From Utricularia gibba (Eukaryota > Plantae > Magnoliophyta), in the NCBI GenBank assembly GCA_002189035.1, contig NEEC01000007.1, positions 744,001 to 808,000 of the forward strand: a stretch of 64,000 nucleotides of DNA. The letters are read 5' to 3'. Shown one piece after another: positions 21,801 through 34,956 of this stretch. Position numbers and translations under genes: made by a program. The notes below the pieces were generated by a model, which saw nothing but the letters and a program-made list of their open reading frames with translations, was not told the DNA's origin and made no database searches. The first letter of the stretch is position 1, and every line of letters begins with the position of its first letter.

Positions 21801-24800
21801 CCAGAACAAGTAGTGAGAAATCTGATACCGTTTGTTCTCTCCAAATTGTTGGGATGAGTGCAACACTTCCAAATGTTGCTGCAGTTGCACATTGGCTTCA
21901 TGTAAGCTTTATAATCAATTGTCACATTGAACCTTTTTTGACATGGTTTCCGCTTCATACTTGAGGAAAGCCTTGAGAACTGTGATTGGTGAATGACCTG
22001 TGTTTTTTCAGGCAGCTCTCTATGTGACTCACTTTCGTCCTGTTCCTTTGGAGGAATACGTTAAAGTTGGAAGCACAATTTATAACAAGGACATGGAAAT
22101 TGTTAGGACCATAACCAAGGCAGCTAACCTTGGTGGTAAAGATCCAGATCAGATTGTTGAACTCTGCAATGAGGTATAGTTTTTCCTTTTCTTTCCAGCT
22201 CTCGATGTATCTCTCGAGTGCTGAATACAATTTCCACGTCTGTAGGTTGTACAAGAAAGTCACTCAGTTCTTATATTCTGTTCCAGTAGAAAAGGATGTG
22301 AAACAACAGCTAGGCATATCGCAAAGTATCTGAAACGATTCTCTATGGGACCTTGTGTTGGGGAAGGGGAGTCCTTTGACATCTCCTTTGCCCTTGAATT
22401 GTTACGACGATCTCCTGCTGGATTGGATCCTGTACTTGAAGAAACTCTTCCTTTTGGAGTTGCTTATCATCATGCTGGGCTCACGGTACATCAAACATGT
22501 GTTATTACTTCATATATTTCAAACTACATCAATGTGCTCAGTGTTGAGGAAATTTTTGGTATCTTGGCTACTTATATATTTCTTGCATCTAGAAAGGTTG
22601 AGGAAAGGGAGACAGTTGAAACATGTTATCGCAAAGGACTTGTTCGTGTCTTGACTGCTACATCAACTCTTGCTGCTGGGGTTAACTTGCCAGCCCGGAG
22701 GGTTATATTTAGACAACCACGCATTGGTCGTGACTTTATTGATGGGACAAGGTATAAACAGATGGCAGGGAGAGCTGGTCGGTCAGGAATTGACACAAAA
22801 GGGGAGAGCGTAAGCTTCTTCTTTAAAAATTATCTGATGTTTTAATCCTGAACTTACTGTTACTTATGCCTTAATTGGCTGATAAAATTTTCATTTTTAA
22901 TTATTATAGTAGAATGTCTTCCAGAAATGCAAATGAGCTTCACTGATTTGTATGATGTTTCACTGCCAATCTGTTATTGACAGGTGCTCATCTGCAAACC
23001 AGAAGAAACCAAAAAAGTATTGGCACTTCTGAATGATAATTGCTCTCCACTTTGCTCTTGTTTGTCAGAAGATAGGAACGGGATGACCCATGCAATACTT
23101 GAGGTTGTCGCTGGAGGGATAGTTCAAACGGCTAATGATATTAATCGATATGTACGGTGTACTCTACTCAATTCCACGAAGCCTTTCGAAGATGTTGTAA
23201 AATCTGCACAAGATTCTCTTCGATGGTTGTGTCACAAGAAATTCCTGGAATGGAACGAGGAGACTAAATTATACACCACTACTCCATTGGGTCGTGCCTC
23301 CTTTGGCAGCTCTCTTTGTCCGGAGGAATCACTTGTAAATCACCTTGGACTAATGTGCATCGTAAACAAGTTTTTTTTTTTGGAAATTTTTATTTATTTT
23401 TCCTGAGCATCAATATACACAACATATTCACCATTTCTGCCCAAGTAGAAAGACATTTCCTATTTACTCTTAGTGCCCAATGAAAGTTTAAAGTAACATT
23501 TTTTCTCATTTTATGTTAAGTAATATATTTAAGCATTGCAGGTTGTATTGGATGATCTCATGCGAGCTAGGGAGGGTTTTGTGCTGGCATCAGACCTGCA
23601 TTTGGTATACTTGGTGACTCCGATAAATGTGGATGTTGAACCTGATTGGGAGCTCTATTATGAGAGATTTATGCAGTTGTCAATCCTGGATCAGGTATGC
23701 TCTTTATATTTTCTTGTTTTTAGCTCTATGCAAAAAGAGAGAAAGTGAATTCTTTGTAAGGTGTACATTGAGGATGTTTTTGGGAGGAGAAAATGACCTT
23801 CATTATGATAAAAAGTCTAGTTTGCAGACCACTAGCAGTTCAAATTCCATTTTCAGACAAAACATCAAATTTTGAGCTATGTTCCTTTACCTGTTGCTGT
23901 GGTCTACCCATTCATTCCATGGAATTTTCACAATAGAGAATATGTGCATTTGGATGCTTACAGCCAAAAGTTGTTGGAATTTTGAGCAAAATATATTTCA
24001 TTGCAGTCAGTGGGAAATCGGGTTGGTGTGCATGAGAGTTTTCTCATGCAAATGGCTCATGGAGCACCATCTAAGGGATTAGTTAGATCAAAGAATAATG
24101 CAATGGCTAAAGGAAAATCTGAAAGCGTACTGACTACTCCATCCCATGGCAGCACACTGTCAAATGAGAAGATGATAAGAGTGTGCAAACGATTTTATGT
24201 TGCTCTTATATTATCAAGGATTGTGCAGGTACCTTTTGTTGAGATTTTTATGATCTTTTTCAATGGCTCTTTTTTCTACACCAAGAAGTTGCTTTGTGAG
24301 ATAATTTTGGTGCTTCTCAGGAAGTGCCTATTGGTGAAGTTTGCCAGGGTTTTAAAGTTGCAAGAGGCATGGTTCAGTCATTGCAAGAAAATGCAGGGAG
24401 GTTTGCGTCAATGGTGTCTGTTTTCTGTGAGAGGCTCAGTTGGCACGACATTGAATCTTTAGTTTCAAAATTCCAGAATCGAGTTTCATTTGGAGTTAGA
24501 GCTGAAATTGCGGAACTTACAGCCATTCCTTATGTCAAGGTTAAAATGTTAACTGATATTTAATAGATATTGATATTCTTCATTAACGATTTATATGATT
24601 GTGTAGGGTTCACGAGCTAGAGCACTTTACATGGCTGGTTTACGAACGCCTCAGGCTGTAGCAGAGGCCTCCATTTCAGAAATCATGAAAGCACTATTTG
24701 AATCTTCTTCATGGGACTCCAATGGTGACAACTACTTTTCTAAAAAAAATATTTTTATTCACATACTTCATCTCTTCTCTTGATCAATTTTTATTTGTGG

Positions 24801-27800
24801 ACATGTCCAACAGCAAGGCCAATGCAACTTGGGGTTTCTAAGAAGATAAAAAATGGTGCTCGGAAGATTGTACTTGAAAAAGCAGAAGAAGCAAGAGCTG
24901 CCGCATTCTCAACATTCAAATCTCTTGGATTTAACATCCCACAGTTCCCCCAGCCAGTTTTTTCCTTTAAAACTGAAAATGATGTCCAGAAAGAGTTGAC
25001 ATCTTCTTCAGAGGATGATCGGAGAAGTGGATATGTTGTCTCATCAAAGTTGAAGCATAATATTAATGCAGTACCATCTGGGGAAAGACAGAATATTCCA
25101 GGATCTGAATCTGAAGTTGGGGACAAATTTTCCAAACCGGCAGGAGCTGATAATGGGTCTATGGTGGAAAAGCCTGCTTCTGCAGTAATTACTGGAACAA
25201 ATAGCACTAAAGAAATTGCATTTACAAAATTTCACGAGGGTCCTGTGAGTGCGGCAAGCATTATGGGAGGGGTTGATTCTTTCTTGGATCAGTGGAATGC
25301 CACGGCTGCCTTCTTTTTTGACGTTCATTATACTAAGAGATCAGAGTTTCACTCAAGTGCTGCTCCATTTGAAATACATGGCATAGCAATTTGTTGGGAA
25401 AACTCTCCAGTGTATTATCTAAATATTCCAAAGGACTTGCTACGTGGCAGTGCTCGAAATAGCAATACAACAGCAAGCAAGGATATCAAAGTACCAGAGC
25501 TGCAAATGGAAATGCTCAATCAACGATGGGCCAGGATTAGTAGAATGATGACAAGGGATGTCAGAAAATTTTCTTGGAACTTAAAGGCACAGATCCAGGT
25601 GCTCAATTGTCCATCTGTCAGTGCCAGTAAATTTGGAAGCCTGCATGGTGGAATAAAAAGTCTTGGTGTTGAACTAAATGGCAATTCGCTTATGTTCACC
25701 CCTATCCGTGTCAAAGGTGCAATTGATATGGCTGTTGTTGCATGGATTCTTTCCCCTGATGAGGAGAAAAGCTCTTACCCTAATCTGGAAAAGGTAAACT
25801 CTGCTCATTGATGCATTTCAACTCTTAAGTTGTTAAATGGGTGATGGGATGTTCTTTAAAAAAAATGTTCTCTACATCATGCTTATCTTTCATCAGTTAT
25901 TTTTTCAGAATAGATTAGTTCAATTGGCAAATGTTAATGGAGCTTTCTTTCTTGGATAAATCTTTATGCATATTATTTTATATTATTTAGGAAAGGAATA
26001 TGTTCTCAAAACAATTTTGATCTTCATCATAATTGCTCATCATTATATGTCAACCAATCCTTTAATAAACGTCTTTATCGCTGATTCTCAACAGGAAGTC
26101 AAAAAGAGGTTATCTAGTGATGCTGCTGCCTCGGCCAAAAGAAGTGGCAGATGGAAAGATCAAATGCGAGCTGCTGCACATAATGGCTGTTGCCGCAGAG
26201 TTGCCCAGACTCGAGCTTTGTATTCTGTTCTCTGGAAATTGTTGGAGTCTGAAAACCTAATGGAACCACTTTTGGCCATTGAAGTTCAACTGGTAAGGAT
26301 TCTCATTATCTATATTTAAGAGGATCTGGCCATCTCCCAGAGTTTTATAATTTTGGCGGTTTTTATATTTTTGAAATTTCACATTTAAACTTATTTTTGA
26401 AATTTCACGTTTAAACTTCAATGTGGGTCGAAACAAAAAAGGTATAAGAATATATTATGCATCTGTTTGTGTTGCAGACCAATGTCCTTGCTGATATGGA
26501 GATGTGGGGAATAGGCGTTGACATGGATGGATGCCTTAGATCACGGAGTATTGTAGGAAGAAAACTTAAATGTTTGGAGAAGGAAGCATACACATTAGCT
26601 GGGAAAACATTTTCATTATCAACTCCTGCAGAAGTGTCAAGTGTTATCTATGAACACTTGAAGCTGCCAGTCCCTGAATCGCATAAAGGGAAACAACACC
26701 CAAGTACAGATAAGCATTGTTTGGATCTTCTCAGGTACTACAGGGGTTTTCTCGGTTTGCCAATACTTATTCCTATGATCTAAATAATTGTGATTCAGTT
26801 AATCATTTTTCTAGTCCCTGATGTCATGACCAATAGAAATTGCTGTTTCAGGAATGAGCATCCTTTAGTATCCATAATTAAAGAGTATCGGACGTTGTCT
26901 AAACTCCTTCATTCAACTTTGGGATCAATCTGCTCGCTAGCAAGACTTTGTGCCAGGTCTCAGCGGTATACGGTTCATGGGCATTGGCTCCAAACGTCCA
27001 CTGCTACTGGTAGACTTTCAATGCAGGAGCCTAATCTTCAGGTTTCCCTTTCCTAATAATTCTAAGTTTTTCACTGTTCTTTTGGTATCCTAGTGTCACT
27101 GAATGATGCCCTAAAATTTCTGTGGGTTTTCTGTAGTGCGTTGAGCACACAATTGAGTTCAACATGAAAGATGATGATGGGGAATCCTGCATCTACAATA
27201 TTAATGCACGTAGTCTATTTGTACCATCTCAGGTATTCCTGTCTGTATTTTAATTTTTCAATTGTATTGCATGTCAACGTTCAATTTCTTTACATCTTTT
27301 ATCTTTTTTTTTATCGTAGGAGGATTGGTTACTTCTAACTGCTGATTACTGCCAAATAGAGTTGAGACTTGTTGCCCATTTCTCAAAGGATGGTACACTG
27401 ATTGAGCTCCTAAGCTGTCCTGAAAAGGATGTTTTTACCATGATTGCTGCCAAATGGAACAACAAACATGAATCCATCGTGACTGCTGGAGAGCGTGATG
27501 AAACAAAGAAACTAGTCTATGGATTGTTGTACGGGATGGGACCAGAAAAACTTGCCCGAGGGTTGGAGTGTACCCCAGATGAAGCAGAAGGAAGAATACA
27601 GAACTTCAATGATTCTTTTCCTAGCGTTGCTTCCTGGCTTCAGAATGCTGTCACGACATGTAAAGAGAAAGGGTGATGCCTCTAGATTCTATTCTAGTTA
27701 TTTATCTGGAAATATCTATAGTACTGGTGTTTTTTTCCTTTAGACTATTAACGTTAACAGTTAGTACAGTTAGAACTGAGTCTCGTATTCTTTTTCTTTT

Positions 27801-28726
27801 CTTATCTTGTTGAATCAGTTTTTCCCCTGATGAACTGTACAATTATTTGTGCTACAGTTATGTGGAAACTCTCAGAGGGAGGAAGCGTTATTTGACAAAG
27901 ATCAAACATGGGAGTGGCAAAGAAAAATTTAAAGCTCAAAGACAAGCTGTAAACTCTATATGTCAGGTAGTTTTCTCTGTCAATGCCGTCAGTGGTTTTT
28001 CATTTAAATACGGTTTGTTCTTTAATTTCAATTTTGTTTTTATAAGTTGATTTACATATTTAAACCATTTGTTGTTTCTCTTCTAGGGATCTGCAGCTGA
28101 CATAATAAAAATTGCTATGATTCACTTACATGATATGATCAATGAGTTTTCTGAGGCTGCTTCACCTTGTTTCCTACAAAATGGAGACTTTCAAATGCTG
28201 AAAGGTCACTGTCGTATTTTGTTACAGGTAATGCCTTTTGGGGATCTAGCCATAATTATAATTCTTAATCATGCTAATGGAACCATTAATGAGAAAAATA
28301 ATGAAAAGGATAATACGTGAAAACTGCCTGAGCATGATAATCATGTTATCGTCAACCCTACATTAGGCTTGAAGATACACAATTTTCATCCAGCCAACTT
28401 GAAAGTTTGTAAAATTTTTCATCCTTCGATTTTCAGGTACATGATGAACTACTACTGGAAGTTGATCCCTTGTTTGTAAAAGAGGCGGGTTCATTGCTTC
28501 GTCTATGCATGGAAAATGCTGCGACACTTGCCGGTATGGTGCTGTATAGGGTTATAATGTACATAAGTGAAGCAGTTTCAGAATAATAATAATAAACCTA
28601 GATTGCTGTTGCTTGTTAGTTTTTATGTATCACACAAGATATGCGCATTTTGCAGTGCCATTGCCTGTCAAACTGAAAATTGGGAAAACATGGGGAACGA
28701 TGGATCATTTTGTGCCAAACTCGTAA
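18818..28726 (+). CDS. TEB: DNA polymerase theta / helicase-polymerase TEBICHI, more than 20 exons; possible -1 frame break in exon 3
   Basis: [12 protein letters not shown]|YFSSKKKRK; FLSLYC; Walker A ASTSAGKS; DELH box; [14 protein letters not shown]; QMAGRAGR; PolA motifs [30 protein letters not shown]; ends [14 protein letters not shown]. Confidence 0.95.
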
Positions 28727-29617
28727 GAGTTCCATAGCCAGTCTAGTTGGATTCATGGGAGAAAAACCTGTTGCCAGGCCTCCGTATTGCAAAAGGTATC
28801 CATTTCAGATCTCCCAGATATTCGTTTTGTTTCCTGCAAGTTCTCATCTTTTTTTTTTTTTTCAAATAAGCATATTTCACATGTTTGGGTCCTGAAATTT
28901 GCGTCAGCTACCAATGTCAGTTGGGACCTCCTATGCTCTGTAGCTCCAGTCATGTGAAAAAAATATAGAGAAGTTTACTTCATCATTATCGTTGCTTTGT
29001 ATAGTTCTCTCTTATTTTTGGTTACTGTGACTTTTGTTACGTGCGTCGTGTTAATCATATGACTTAACTGATGCACATTTCTAAAACAGTAGAGGGTGTT
29101 GCAGTCTAGAAGTATGTTGATGCAGATTGACATCCTTCCTAATGTTTACCGCTGAAGTTGTCGTAATCCTAATCAAGTGACAAGAACTGAAAGGATTTTT
29201 TGATTAGTTCTTGATTACCCTCATAAGAGCAATGAGAGGCACACAGAGTAAGCAGCGCAGAATGGTCTTTGTAGTCAGGATTTGGGACACGAATTAAACA
29301 TGAATTTGATTTCTTCTTTCTACACTGGTAACACCCCTTTGTAGAGTTGTATAGAGTCTGATTTTGTAGTTTCCTTGCAATCCTTGGAAAAGTAAACAGG
29401 GGATAGAAGTCTGTAATAACATCTTTTTGCTTCTAGGACATACAACACAATTTATTGATTACTCTTTTCCTTATCATGGAATGAAATCCCAAGGAGCATC
29501 AGCCATCATGTGCGCATATATTGCATTATCATTTATATGAATTACACCATAGGTGCATCCATAGTTACGATTTCAGATTCAACCATTGTGAGGAAGCTTA
29601 TTACTTTCCTATTGTTA

Positions 29618-30894
29618 CTACTTGGAAACCCATACAACGTGATCTTGTGGAAGAAAGTGGCACACTGGGACTGTTCCTGGCTGCACCTTGAGGACCTGGA
29701 AAGCAAGATGCTTTGCATTCCATGCTGCTGTGTCCCGGTGACAGATAGCTACTGCTTCTGCCCGTGATCCGTCAATTGCGACCATCTTCACCTTATAACT
29801 CACAGTTTTTGATGTCTTATGGCAGAGGAAGACTGCGTATGCATACTCCTGTCTATGGCAAACAACAATACCTTCTGCATCAGGTGCTTTCTCCACTCTA
29901 GTTACATGATACTCTTTCCTGTGATCGCTTGCACTTGTTGACATGGCAGTTACATCTTTTCCTAGATTGGATTTGCTGAAATCAACCATGGCCTCTAAGG
30001 AAGTCGCGCAGAACTTTTTCTCTCCTTCTATGGCTTTTTCCTCACACTCTTGAATTGTTTCCTTCATTGCCTCTGCCTCCTCAGAATGGGGATCCACTGA
30101 AAACTTGGCCAGAATCTCAGGAAATCTTTTTGAGGAAAAGGGTATGGATTCAGCAATTTTTCGGGGCAAGAAGGTTGCTTCATTTGATGTTCTCGAGAAA
30201 TCCAAGTTCATCTTTTTTCCTATGCGCAAGTCTTTCTCTAAGAAGAACAGAGCTACATTTGGATCTTCCTTGAGCTGAGTTTCTGTAGCAGCATAGTTGT
30301 ATATAAATGGCCCTTCTTTTACACTAATTGGTTTTCCTTTTCTAGGGGGGTTCCAGCAGTCACGCCACCTCTTCCAATACCTACATTAGTTCCACCACCA
30401 TGCTTCCCCCCTCCAGAACGCACTACCACGCCGCCACGACCAACGTGGACATTTGTCCCAGTTCCACGAGGTTTGACTGCCGGAGTGTTAACATTTACGC
30501 CCCCCTTACCTATACCAACTGAAACAACCTTGCTTTCTCCCTTTTCTGCTGCAACTGAGAGGATTCAAGAAAGAATGCTCAGATTATATATGATAGATAT
30601 ATGGTTTGAATACAGACTGCTGGGAAAAATACTAATCAGATTTTGTTGAAGCAGCCCACCAGGTATCAAATCTTTGACAATTTGAGGAATATCAGAGTTC
30701 GGAAGCATGGCTTTCCAATACCCCTCCGCTGTAAAAGCTGCTCCAATCTCATAGTTTTCAAGCACCAGGAGTAGCACCTGAAAAATCGAAGAGAAAAAGC
30801 AAGTAAGCATTTTTCAAGCAAGTTCTACATCTCATACATATCTGCTTACCAAGAGAAATCCAAGTAGTTCATGGAACTTGACGATGAATGCCAT
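29618..30894 (-). CDS. RD22-like BURP domain protein, 3 exons; apparent -1 frame break at G6 30345-30350
   Basis: Signal peptide exon MAFIVKFHELLGFLL; YWKAMLPNSDIP; GTNVHVGRGGV-type repeats; PFIYNYAATETQL; BURP CH motifs (VCHRQ, LCHKT, ICHRDT, VCHFL). Confidence 0.9.
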
Positions 30895-31642
30895 AGATGC
30901 AGCTAGAGAGAGAACTCTCTCCCTGATGATCTTGAGCAAGTTCCAGTGAAGCAAGCTGGTATCTTATAATGATGAAAATAGAATTAAATAAATTCCCATA
31001 TTGATGAATAGCCATTGACAGGTATTGATACAGGAAAAGGACATCAAGGGCCGAGATTTAAGCTCATTTATAACCTCCAACTGCATCATCATTGTTGATA
31101 AGTTAAGGGCCTTCACCTTTTTCAACATCTCAGTTGAATGCACGGTTTATGTTGGATTATGATTCTGAAGTAAACAGTAAAAGGATAAAGGAAGTTGAGT
31201 CGTGAAGAGTCTTGACGAGGACTTACTGTTTCTGTTTTATGGGTAAAAAGTTTATTACATTTTACTGTATCATGTGTTTGCAACAAGTCAAAGGTTGTGC
31301 ATTCCTAGGTTTTGGAATAGTCGGACTAGGCGAGTACGACACTCATCGGTTTGCACAACGAGGCAGCTGGTTGGTGACGGTCGCCATTAAATGCCCAATT
31401 CCATTATTCTGGAATTTGGATGGCTCCGTGATTGCTGTTTTTACTGCTAATAGTTGGTTGGTGGGTGGAATTTGAATGATTTGTGACAGACATGCTGGCT
31501 GCTGCTGAAGAGCAGCCCAACCATACCCCCTGACTGATCATGGTTTAATTCATGCAGCTCATGGAAAAGGATGAATCCTGAAGTACCTGTCTTGGCATCA
31601 CTTTTTTTCAGTTCTCAGAAGTTTATATACTGCTACATCTAA

Positions 31643-31656
31643 CCCCCCCCCCCCCC
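31643..31656. repeat. C14 homopolymer (G14 on minus strand, downstream of the DDT gene stop)
   Basis: Direct reading. Confidence 0.9.
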
Positions 31657-31836
31657 ATCACTGCCATTAGCAAAATTTGAGGAAGGCCCCAAGCAACAAA
31701 CATTAACAAAAAGATTCACAAGGATGCTGCTTGGCTCCACTTTCCCAGCAGCGGCACTGCTAAGGGTTGATGTCAGTTGGCTTGAGTTCCAAAAAGTAGC
31801 AGACACAACTCCAGGATAAGATTTCTACTCGCAAGC

Positions 31837-34317
31837 TCATTCACCATCTTCTGAATCAAGAACAATTGTAATTGTGTCTACTGAAGGCCTCTGTGTCAAC
31901 CTTTTTCCAGCACCCAAATTCAGGCCTTCAGCAACAGCATAACTAGGAATCCCAGCAAGTCTCTTGCTAAACCGCAACCCCCTGGACTTGATAATAGGGA
32001 AACCAACTTTTTCTTCTTCTCCACTGCTCTTTTTTCGTTGCCTTAAACTAGTGTATTCTTCGTAATAAGATTCATCACTGGAATCTTGCTCCTTGTCATC
32101 ATGTCCTTTGCCGTCAACAGGGAAATTGGTATCTTTTGGGCTCGTGGACTCTGGTTCAGTCCTTTCAACATGCTGAAAGTGTTTCTCTTCCTGGCCAATG
32201 CCTGTCTTCCTTTCGCTAGAGTATCCAAGGGAAATAAGATAAGCGACCAAGCAAGTCATGAAGTCCCAAGTTTAAAGACAGGTAAAACAGCACGTATGTA
32301 AATCCAAAGGGGAGTAAAAATATACTTTGCATACTGTATGGCCTCTGCAATTGCTTTGTCATAATTGTCTGCAATAAGAACATTCCAAGAATTACAATGA
32401 AACACATACAAGATTACATGCATGAAATCTTTGGCAAAATTCATAACTCGAAATCAGCAGAAGGTGAAAACACAAAATCCTGCTGTTTCAAAATCATTTC
32501 TCATAAAAAGAAGGTATTACCTACCAAATGTGTAATCTACATTTTTTTGACTGCGGCATGATCGAGACAATCCAGGACACCTAAAACCTCCAAGAAGCAA
32601 ATTTTGTCGCTGCCTTTGAAGCATTGCCCTTTGTTTCTTCTGTCAAAGTAACAATATAGATATTTTCTCATTCATTGCATCAGAGGGAGGCCAAAACAGA
32701 AAGCTTTAATCAGGAAATACAGAAGGAATCAAATTGATGACCTTTTGATGTTTTTCAACAATTGGAATAACATCAGTTTGCAGGCGTGCACCAAGACCGG
32801 ATTCCCATTTGACTTCACTGGATGAATATGCTGCCTGTCATCCAAATAAAGCAGTAAATTAAGTGTAAAAAAACTAAAATTCAAAAAACAAGTGGACATA
32901 CCGTAGTTTTTTGGAATCCTTCAAGATCAGTAGCAATCGTAAACCATTGAAAACTGGTCAAAGCATCAGGACTCGTAAGTTCAGCATGGTTATACTCACA
33001 GGTTCTGACTGCTTTGTATAATCTGTAACCTATGGCTTCACCACCATCATACCTACATAAATAAGATAAGTTGATGTTCCAGGACAAATGGTATTAAAAC
33101 CACCATTCACAACTTTTACCAGAACGAAATTCCAGCCTCATCCCCTGCAAGTTTCTTCTTTTGGAATTTGGTTATTGCAGTTCCATTCTTTATTCCTTCA
33201 TTCACATAAGACATAGCATCGTGTTGCTGCAAAGAAACAACATATTAGAGCTGTGGAAATGAAACAGGACAAAGAGGCATCAAAGTTACATACATCAGAG
33301 CGAACTTCACAAACAGCTTTAAGGATCAGCAACCGAGTGATTGGTTCAAGCTCCTTATATCTAGATATCTCCTCCCTAGCAGATAGAGAAACAAAACAAA
33401 GAAATTAATATTGACAGCCATCAATCATTTTAGGTGGCTAAAAGTCAATAATAATTATACCCTTTGCAAGCAGTTAAAGGAAACTCCCCTTCTGCAACCT
33501 ACACGTTAAGATAAGTTACATCAGAAATTCTGATAAACAAATCAGCTCCAAAAGTTCAATTGCTCTGCATACCCAGGGCCACCATTTTGGTAGCATCTTG
33601 GTCATAGCAACAATCCAAGCATCGGTGCAGTTCAAAGGCTTGCTCCATGGGATAATACCCTAAAAAGTGCATTTCAAATGCCTACTTCACTTAGTCGAGC
33701 ATATATACAAGAACCTAATAATGTACAAACATCAATCAACACATAGCATCAATTGAAAACACCATAGAACAACCAAAATCGGGATGCATGACATGATAAC
33801 TCTTGTGTTCAAAGTGAAGAGAGAGCATAGCCATCAGTCTAGATTGCCAATCGTAAAACCGAACAGTTTACTGTGAATACAGTCCTTTGAATAGGAGGAA
33901 TAGAAGTTCATGCTAATCTAGATAAGAAAATGAAGACCTTCAACAGCGCTATATGAAGTTGCGCGAGCACAGTATTCGGTTCTATAAGTGCAGTTTCCAA
34001 TTCTTCAGCAGATAGCCTGATACTCATGTCAACAAGTGGCTCAAATACCTGCACGTACAGCAAACATCGACCTTCAAGGCTCACAAATGGTAACTCAAGA
34101 AAAAAAAAACGAAGCCTTTAACCCATGGAGCCAACAAAAACCCCCGGCAGAAAATAAGAAGAGAATCTAGAGAAAGCGTCATCAATACATGAAGAAAGTT
34201 GAGAACAGAAGCCAACTCCCAACGCTGCCGGAGTTGATTTATCTGGTCAGATACCATAACATCATCATCCGCTGAATCGCTTTCCCACCTCGCCGACCGT
34301 TTGCGAACTCCGATCAT
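31837..34317 (-). CDS. DDT-domain protein (DDR4/RSF1-like), 11 exons, frame intact
   Basis: LRQRWELASVLNFLH|VFEPL...LAQLHIALLK|GI...KWWPW|VAEGEFPL...LLILKAVCEVR...FW|YDG...GYRLYK; C-terminal RFSKRLAG motif. Confidence 0.8.
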
Positions 34318-34956
34318 ACTTTGCTGAAGATGTGAAAAGGAACAGATTTGAAAAGTTACCGCAATGGTAAAAACACCTGCAGGGGAAAGATGGAATTCCA
34401 AGAGTGAAACGGGACTGTTCACCCACTTTCCCGCCCAAATGAACTGAGATTTTGCCCCGTTCAGCCACTTTTATGATTAATGAACCAGAAGCCCAGTTCC
34501 CCTTCCCCCTTATTCGCGCTTGGCCTTCCAGCTATTTCCAAAATCCGCCGACCATCTTTGGCCGCTGAAATTAAAAACCTAGCATCACTGGGAAGAAATC
34601 TGGAATCGTTACGAGGAAAAATGGAGCAATACCTGCCTAGAAGATTCAGTGTGCTTTGCCCATTTGTGGAATCTCCTCCCGATTTTGCTTTCGGAGAAGA
34701 TGATTCCTTTCGCAAAATGGAGGGAGATGCTCTAAAAAGAAATAATTTTTCTTTAACTGAATGATTATTGTACAATTAAGACCTGATTCTAGTTCTATGT
34801 TCAAATTTCAGAAAGAAATGTATGGAATTAAAGTTCGAATGTAAACCTCAAAAACTCGGTAACAATAGATTTTATTTTTTAAAAGTTGTTCCTTTTCCTG
34901 TACATTTATGTTGGTGAATCCTGTTAGGAAGATGGTGTTTTCTTCTAAACAACACA

